From: an uncultured Gammaproteobacteria bacterium
GTDB lineage: Bacteria; Patescibacteriota; Microgenomatia; UBA12405
Assembly (NCBI GenBank): GCA_964544275.1
Contig: CAZIZX010000001.1
Location: 196,342 to 260,341, forward strand
Length of the DNA: 64,000 bases
Direction of reading: 5' to 3'
Each line of letters begins with the position of its first letter. The stretch's first letter is position 1. Below the pieces are notes generated by a model, which did no database searches, was not told the DNA's origin, and saw only the letters and a list, made by a program, of their open reading frames with translations. Below are positions 58,355 to 64,000 of the stretch, one piece after another. The translations under genes were made by a program, and so were the position numbers.

Positions 58355-59554
58355 ATGACAAAAAAAATTGTCTTTATTTTCAACCAACTTAACGGTACTG
58401 AAATTGCTACCGGCGGCGACTTTAAATCAAAGACCATCCTTGATCACTTTTCAAAAGATAAGGGCTATTTTGCTGTCGTCATCGCTCCCGGAAGTTTCAA
58501 AAATCACTTTACCAAATTTACTTTCTATCCAACCGGAATTAATTTTCTGGAAAGGTTAAATAAATCTCAAAATCCCTTTTTTGTTACGGTTCTCTTCAGT
58601 ATTAGAGCTATATGTGTATTTTTCATATTACTAAAAATCAAACCTCAAATAATATATTCCACTGGGGACTTTTTTTGCAACGTCATTCCCGCATCCATAT
58701 TCAAACGTATTTTCCCCAAAACTATCTTCACTTCCTGTGTTTTTCACCTAAATCAACCGCCCCACAAAAGACAATCGAACTCCTTAGTCAGAAATATCTT
58801 TTCTTACACATTCCAACAACTTAGCCTCCTCTTCCTTAAATATTCAGCCGACAAAATTTTTCTCCTTAACAACCAAGTTCTTCACTATCTTCTAAATGCC
58901 AAACATATACCCGACAACAAATTGGTAGTTTCATGTGCCGGAGTTGATTCAAATAATATTCAAAAAACAATTTCTAAAACCAACAAAAAAAAGGATCAGT
59001 TGGTATATTTCGGCCGCCTCAACTCCACTAAAGGAGTTTTTGACCTACCGCCAATATTGTCACATATCTTAAAAGAATGCCCAAACTACCGCCTCCACTT
59101 AATCGGCTTCGTCGACGAGAGCACGAAAAAACATTTATTAAATGAGTTTAAAAAATATAACTGCCATAAATCAATAATCTTCCATGGCTTTATAAAGTCC
59201 AAAACCGATGTCTACAAAATTATTGCCTCATCTAAAGTCGCCATTTTCCCCTCATACGAAGAGGGCTGGAACATCGCCCTTTTTGAAGCTATTGCTTGCG
59301 GTTGTCCGGTGGTCACTTATAAATTACCTGTTTATACAGAAATTTTTAAGGACTCTCTATTATCTGCGCCTATCGGTGACACAAAAGCACTATCATCCCT
59401 AATAGTTTCATTATTAACAGAGTACAATGAAAATAAAATTAAAAGGTATGTAGGCAAAACCCTATCAGTCATTAGGCAATACAACTGGTCAAATGTCTAT
59501 AACATTGAAAAAAAATCAATCGAAAATCAACTCCAGGGTAATCTGGGAAAATGA
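58355..59554 (+). CDS. GT4 (GT-B) glycosyltransferase.
   Basis: LVYFGRLNSTKGV, and EEGWNIALFEAIACGCPVVTY (E-x7-E). Confidence 0.75.
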   Translation: MTKKIVFIFNQLNGTEIATGGDFKSKTILDHFSKDKGYFAVVIAPGSFKNHFTKFTFYPTGINFLERLNKSQNPFFVTVLFSIRAICVFFILLKIKPQIIYSTGDFFCNVIPASIFKRIFPKTIFTSCVFHLNQPPHKRQSNSLVRNIFSYTFQQLSLLFLKYSADKIFLLNNQVLHYLLNAKHIPDNKLVVSCAGVDSNNIQKTISKTNKKKDQLVYFGRLNSTKGVFDLPPILSHILKECPNYRLHLIGFVDESTKKHLLNEFKKYNCHKSIIFHGFIKSKTDVYKIIASSKVAIFPSYEEGWNIALFEAIACGCPVVTYKLPVYTEIFKDSLLSAPIGDTKALSSLIVSLLTEYNENKIKRYVGKTLSVIRQYNWSNVYNIEKKSIENQLQGNLGK

Positions 59555-60284
59555 ATGGCTTCAATTTTCCCAAAATGCCTATTTCAGGCCAAACTATAGT
59601 TTTGTAAATCAAATTTCAAATCTATATTCAAACCACATGAGTGGAATAAAAACACTTGAAGTAGGAGCTGGATCCGGCAGCGACTCTATCTATCTAGCCA
59701 AAAAAGGCACCGACACTTCACTTGTCGATTTTTCTTCTCACTCAATTGCTGTGTCACAGAAAATTGCCAAAGCCAATCATGTCAAAGTCCACACCTATCA
59801 AGCCGACTGTCGTCACCTTCCCTTTAAATCCCAAACATTTGATCTTGTCTTTTCCGTAGGTCTCGTCGAACACTTTTCCAACCCTATTCCAGTTCTAAAG
59901 GAACAGCTCCGTGTTCTTCGAAACGGCGGCATTCTCATTATTGATGTTCCCCAAAAGTTTAACCCCTATACACTCGTAAAAAAACTCCGCATGTTAACTG
60001 GCACCTATCCTTTTGGATGGGAAACGGAATATTCACTTTTTGATTTAAAAAGGCTTGCCCGTAAGCTAAAAATTGCTCCTCTCAAATTCTATGGCAGAAA
60101 CAGCTCTCTAACATTAAAACTCCACCCCAAACTACAACCCCACTATTCCAAAATTTTTGCTATTATCGAGTCATCTCCGATCGCTCCTTTTCTTTGCCTT
60201 TGCATAGGAGGAATATTTAAAAAAATACATGTCAGAAAAAGTTTCTGTCGTGATGCCTGCCAAAAACGAAACCACATCCTTTAA
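59493..60284 (+). CDS. Class I SAM-dependent methyltransferase.
   Basis: Motif I LEVGAGSGSDSIYLA, motif II LVDFS and motif post-I/III FDLVFSVGLVEHF. The 5' end overlaps the upstream GT4 by ~60 nt, and the start is not certain. Confidence 0.65.
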   Translation: MSITLKKNQSKINSRVIWENEWLQFSQNAYFRPNYSFVNQISNLYSNHMSGIKTLEVGAGSGSDSIYLAKKGTDTSLVDFSSHSIAVSQKIAKANHVKVHTYQADCRHLPFKSQTFDLVFSVGLVEHFSNPIPVLKEQLRVLRNGGILIIDVPQKFNPYTLVKKLRMLTGTYPFGWETEYSLFDLKRLARKLKIAPLKFYGRNSSLTLKLHPKLQPHYSKIFAIIESSPIAPFLCLCIGGIFKKIHVRKSFCRDACQKRNHIL

Positions 60285-61032
60285 AAATGGACTTCTGGAT
60301 AGTGTTTTATCAACAATTCCTTCCCGATTTGAACCCCACCTTGTTGTTTCTATTGGCGGCAATTCCAACCTGGAATTCACTGATCTTGTCCAGGAAATAT
60401 CGGGAAGAAATCCAAACATTCACCCACTCCTTCTCGGTAATCCACCCTTGGCCACAGCTTATCTAACAGGTCTTCAATACGCCCAAAAAGAACTAGGCGC
60501 CAATTATATTGTTGAGATGGATGCCAGCGGTGCTCACCATCCAAAATATATTCCTGACTTTATTAGATCCCTAGCCGAGGAAGGTTTCGACGCTGCCTTT
60601 TCATCCCGCTTCTCCAAAGGTTCCGCCATTGACCGTTACCCTCTTCAACGCCGTCTTGTTAGCCGACTTGGTACCGTGTCGGCCAATCTAACCTTTGGTT
60701 TTTGGCCTCACTGGCCCGATCTTACCAGTGGCTTTGAGTCCTTTTCCAACACCACTCTTCAACAAATTCTCTGCCATAAACCTGTCGGGACCTGGATTTC
60801 GGAAACCAAAGGACCTGGCCATTTCTATCAAACAGAAATGAGGGTCAGAATACTAAAAAATAATTTTCAAGTCCAAACCATTCCTATTATCTGGGGGACT
60901 GATCGAGCCCAACCTCCAACTAAACTTCCTACCAGAACTGTCCTTCAAGCCTTAACCAGCTTACTTGTACTCAAACAAGAACTCAACTCTTCACCATTAT
61001 CTCGACAAACCAACACACCCCATGAAAGCTAA
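60229..61032 (+). CDS. GT2 polyprenyl-phosphate monosaccharide synthase (DPM1-like).
   Basis: VSVVMPAKNE, VEMDASGAHHP, SSRFSKGS and TSGFESF. Confidence 0.65.
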   Translation: MSEKVSVVMPAKNETTSFKNGLLDSVLSTIPSRFEPHLVVSIGGNSNLEFTDLVQEISGRNPNIHPLLLGNPPLATAYLTGLQYAQKELGANYIVEMDASGAHHPKYIPDFIRSLAEEGFDAAFSSRFSKGSAIDRYPLQRRLVSRLGTVSANLTFGFWPHWPDLTSGFESFSNTTLQQILCHKPVGTWISETKGPGHFYQTEMRVRILKNNFQVQTIPIIWGTDRAQPPTKLPTRTVLQALTSLLVLKQELNSSPLSRQTNTPHES

Positions 61033-62050
61033 TTCTCCTTCAGTATCCGCCATCGTTCTCAACTACAATGGTAAACATCTATTAGAAGAATCTCTCAACT
61101 CGCTTCATCATCAAACTTACTCCAATTTTAAAATTTACGTCCTCGACGCTTCTTCGTCCGACGGCAGTTCTGAATATATAAGAAAAAATTACCCAAAAGT
61201 TACCATCATCAATGCCCCGTCAACCCTTGGTATCGCCGGATCCAGCAATACTGCCGCCCACACCACTACTGAAAGCTACCTGGTTTTTTTGAGTAATGAC
61301 ATGAAGTTCGACAAAAACTGTATTTCTCAATTGGTAGAAACAATCACCAAAGACCCACGCTGCGGTATATGTTCAGCTGTCCTCCTCAAGCACGACAAGG
61401 ACCCGATCACCGGCAAATATCACATTGATAATGCTGGAATTGACGTTGACCTTTTTGGTTTTATCTCCCCTCATGCTAACTCAAAAACTCTTGATGACCT
61501 CCCCGACCAACCCTTTGAAACCTTTGCTTCCTGCGGAGGCTGTTTTATTATCAAACGCAATATATTCGAAAAAATTGGCGGCTTTGATACCGCCTTTTGG
61601 GGTCTTTCAGAAGACGTCGATCTCTCCTGGCGAACACGCCTTTTAGGTTTAAAAGTTACTGTTAACCCCAAATCCTATCTTTATCACCATATTTCTCCCT
61701 CTTTGGGCAAGTTAACCATAAAAAGAACCAGATTTCTCAGCGAAAGAAACAACCTCCGGATGCTTTTGAAAAATTATTCCTCACCCAACCTGTTTTTGCT
61801 CCTCCCTCTCTATGCCGTCCTTGAAATTGGCGAAGTATCCTTTTATCTTCTCCGACGTCGTCCTGAATTATCTATCTCTATCATAAAAGCCGTACTTTGG
61901 AATATGATCCATTTGCCCGATACGCTCAAACAAAGACGCAAAATCCAAAAAATCAGAAAAGTTACTGACCAAAAAATTATGCAATTACTAAGTCATTCAA
62001 GCTTTAAACTAAAAATATTTCCTCAAGTCCTAAAAACAAAAGCTATATAG
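61022..62050 (+). CDS. GT2 glycosyltransferase.
   Basis: VSAIVLNYNGKHLL, IYVLDASSSDGS, FLSNDM and SEDVDLSWR. The ORF opens at 60965, but the Met at 61022 gives the canonical GT2 N-terminus. Confidence 0.75.
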   Translation: MKANSPSVSAIVLNYNGKHLLEESLNSLHHQTYSNFKIYVLDASSSDGSSEYIRKNYPKVTIINAPSTLGIAGSSNTAAHTTTESYLVFLSNDMKFDKNCISQLVETITKDPRCGICSAVLLKHDKDPITGKYHIDNAGIDVDLFGFISPHANSKTLDDLPDQPFETFASCGGCFIIKRNIFEKIGGFDTAFWGLSEDVDLSWRTRLLGLKVTVNPKSYLYHHISPSLGKLTIKRTRFLSERNNLRMLLKNYSSPNLFLLLPLYAVLEIGEVSFYLLRRRPELSISIIKAVLWNMIHLPDTLKQRRKIQKIRKVTDQKIMQLLSHSSFKLKIFPQVLKTKAI

Positions 62051-63755
62051 TCGACAGTTGTTTAATCCCCTCTATGGCTGGAGTGAATTGTGGCGATATT
62101 TTCAAAGCTTCTTTAAACAGTTTGCTTGCTTCCTCTTTATTTTTCATTTCCGCATAAACCACACCCACAACATAGTATGATTGCGGGTTATTTGGTTGTA
62201 ATTCAATTAATTTTTTACCATGCTCCTCAGCCAGTTTTAAGTTTCCCTCCATTATATCAATCTGTATCAGGCTTATATAAGTTTGAAATAGTTCCGGAGA
62301 ATAATATAAAGCAATATTGTAACTCTCTCTGGCCAAATCCAATCTGCCAATTTTAAAAAATATATTGGCCCGGTTATGGTAAGCATCAGCATAATTTTCC
62401 TTCATCAAAGTCGACTGAGTAAAACCTTTGATCGAATTTTCATAATCTTCCAGCTTGTCATAATCATCCCCGATATTATTCCAAGCATTATGACTGTTAG
62501 GTGACACCTGGACCGTATTCACCCACAGCTTATGGTTAGTACTCCAATCATTATTCCTCAAAATTACTCTGACCCCATAGAGCGCACATAACAAAACCAG
62601 CACCACATAACTTACTTCCTTAAATTTTTTAGCTAAATTTTCAAACAATATTCCCAGTAATAATGTAAATCCAAACGACCCTAAAAACACATATCTCTCA
62701 GCCACTAACCAACTTACCTTAAGTGGTGCCATCGACGGAGCGGTTGCCAGAAAAATAAATACCAAAGCATAAAATATTACTCTATTTTTTACGAAAAAGT
62801 AACCGACGGCACCCAAATAGGTTAGTAACACTATCCAATTTAACCAACTAGGTAACACATACATCGTATGGTATAACGTCAAATCTGTCGGAACCAGCAT
62901 TAACTGCAAATACTTTGTTATTGCTGTCGGGTACTGAAAAAAGGGATTATAAAAAATGCTTTCAGACATATTGTAGCCCGAGTTTACGCTATCCAACCTG
63001 CTCATTATTGCCGGCCACATAATAACACTCATTACAACACCTCCAACAAGCAGCCCACCCATTATCTTACCCATATCAATCCTGACTTTAATTCTTCCCT
63101 TATATGCAACCAAATAAGCCAAAAATAGGGGGATAAGAGCAAATGATCTCACCCTGTCCGAAAAAAATGCCAACATAAAAAATAATCCAGCCATCATCAG
63201 GCTTTTTATTCTTCCATCCTTTGAATATATTGATAGATATATCAACGACAACAATGTAAACAGTGACACCAGAAGATAAGGGACTCCGGATATCCAGGAA
63301 ACCGCTTCCACATGTATTGGCAGCACTACAAATATAATCGTTGTCAAAAATGCCACATGCTTGTTAGTCAGTAACTTTGCATATACGAAAACCAAGCAAC
63401 ATATAACAAGATACAAAAACAGGCTATATACATGGAAAGCAACCGGACTTTCCACTCCAAATATTACTGCGATTAAATATTTAGAAAATCCAACTAAATT
63501 AAATCCTGGAAACAAAACCAGGAACCTTTTGATATCCGGGTTTTGTGTAATTGAAGCATAGTCGTCGGATACAAAATTTCCACCCAAAGAATTAGCATAT
63601 AACAAAATAACCCCGATAACGATTCCTACCAAAAATCTCCAATGCTCTTTGATAATCTTTGTAAACCCAACTGTTTCGCCCGAGTTCATCTTCTCGTTTA
63701 TACCAACCTCTTCCTGCTTGACTCTTCTTTGCTGTTTTACTTTCTTTTGAGACAT
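62043..63755 (-). CDS. GT-C-type membrane protein with C-terminal tetratricopeptide (TPR) repeats (PMT/TMTC-like architecture).
   Basis: The N-terminal ~400 aa are polytopic. The C-terminal ~160 aa contain at least four TPR-like 34-mers (AWNNIGDDYDKLEDYENSIKGF..., AYHNRANIFFKIGRLDLARESYNIAL..., SYYVVGVVYAEMKNKEEASKLFKEALKISP). Confidence 0.6.
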   Translation of the reverse strand: MSQKKVKQQRRVKQEEVGINEKMNSGETVGFTKIIKEHWRFLVGIVIGVILLYANSLGGNFVSDDYASITQNPDIKRFLVLFPGFNLVGFSKYLIAVIFGVESPVAFHVYSLFLYLVICCLVFVYAKLLTNKHVAFLTTIIFVVLPIHVEAVSWISGVPYLLVSLFTLLSLIYLSIYSKDGRIKSLMMAGLFFMLAFFSDRVRSFALIPLFLAYLVAYKGRIKVRIDMGKIMGGLLVGGVVMSVIMWPAIMSRLDSVNSGYNMSESIFYNPFFQYPTAITKYLQLMLVPTDLTLYHTMYVLPSWLNWIVLLTYLGAVGYFFVKNRVIFYALVFIFLATAPSMAPLKVSWLVAERYVFLGSFGFTLLLGILFENLAKKFKEVSYVVLVLLCALYGVRVILRNNDWSTNHKLWVNTVQVSPNSHNAWNNIGDDYDKLEDYENSIKGFTQSTLMKENYADAYHNRANIFFKIGRLDLARESYNIALYYSPELFQTYISLIQIDIMEGNLKLAEEHGKKLIELQPNNPQSYYVVGVVYAEMKNKEEASKLFKEALKISPQFTPAIEGIKQLSTI

Positions 63756-63762
63756 AAACCCA

Positions 63763-63978
63763 TTATATATTTAAATTCAAAAATAATTTTGACAATTTTT
63801 GATCATCATGCCTCAATCTGTAATTTTTCTTTTCAATCAAAGCAATATCCTCAACCATCGTTTTAACTTTTTCCTCTTTGTTGTATTTAATTGGAAAAGA
63901 TCCCTCCATCTCATAATTTTCCAAACTCTTTCTCAACATCTTTCGGTTTAACTTACTCATATCGGCCATCACCACCAA
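63763..63978 (-). CDS. Hypothetical protein (possibly 5'-truncated by the window edge).
   Basis: 71-aa ORF upstream of the TPR GT-C on the same strand. I recognise no motif. Confidence 0.25.
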   Translation of the reverse strand: MVVMADMSKLNRKMLRKSLENYEMEGSFPIKYNKEEKVKTMVEDIALIEKKNYRLRHDDQKLSKLFLNLNI

Positions 63979-64000
63979 ATCAAAACATTTTCTGCAATTT

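Noticed and set aside
51192-62050. RiPP precursor peptides adjacent to the SPASM radical SAM genes
   Set aside because: All small ORFs in this interval are embedded in other frames of large genes. Neighbouring genes overlap by 4-60 nt and leave no intergenic space. I see no Cys/Ser/Thr-rich core peptide.
1-64000. CRISPR arrays, tandem repeats, tRNA/rRNA genes, transposases, integrases, phage genes
   Set aside because: Intergenic space is minimal. The two longer AT-rich intergenic regions (3835-4056 and 23230-23452) have no cloverleaf-compatible or repeat-spacer structure. I recognise no DDE, tyrosine or serine recombinase motif in any ORF.
1-64000. Alternative genetic code (UGA recoding, as in Gracilibacteria/Absconditabacteria)
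   Set aside because: Long housekeeping genes (secA at 894 aa, typA, lysS) are uninterrupted under the standard code, and RF2, which reads UGA, is present.

Overview
This looks like a 64 kb contig from a low-GC, small-genome bacterium, probably Patescibacteria/CPR-like. The call rests on an archaeal-type TyrRS, a short Rel that lacks the C-terminal regulatory domains, a sortase with a sorting-signal substrate, almost no Shine-Dalgarno motifs, and very compact, overlapping genes under the standard genetic code. The first ~23 kb are housekeeping genes: a uvrC 3' fragment, tyrS, rel, sortase, greA, lysS, an HD hydrolase, serS, secA, a DHH phosphoesterase, HIT, typA, a cyclophilin lipoprotein, a thioredoxin-like protein, prfB, an LCP ligase, and ftsE-ftsX with an M23 peptidase. 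From ~23.4 kb to ~63.8 kb the window is one almost uninterrupted glycan-biosynthesis island of ~35 genes. It contains at least 14 GT2, 4 GT4 and about 6-9 GT-C-fold (ArnT/PMT-like) membrane glycosyltransferases, a Wzx-type flippase and two SAM methyltransferases. Embedded in it is an unusual block of four radical SAM enzymes, two B12-binding and two SPASM-type, interleaved with GT2, GT4 and methyltransferase genes. I see no rRNA, tRNA, CRISPR array, transposase, integrase or phage genes. The most interesting element is the radical-SAM/B12-rich glycosylation sub-cluster at 51.2-62.0 kb, whose product and chemistry cannot be inferred from known pathways.
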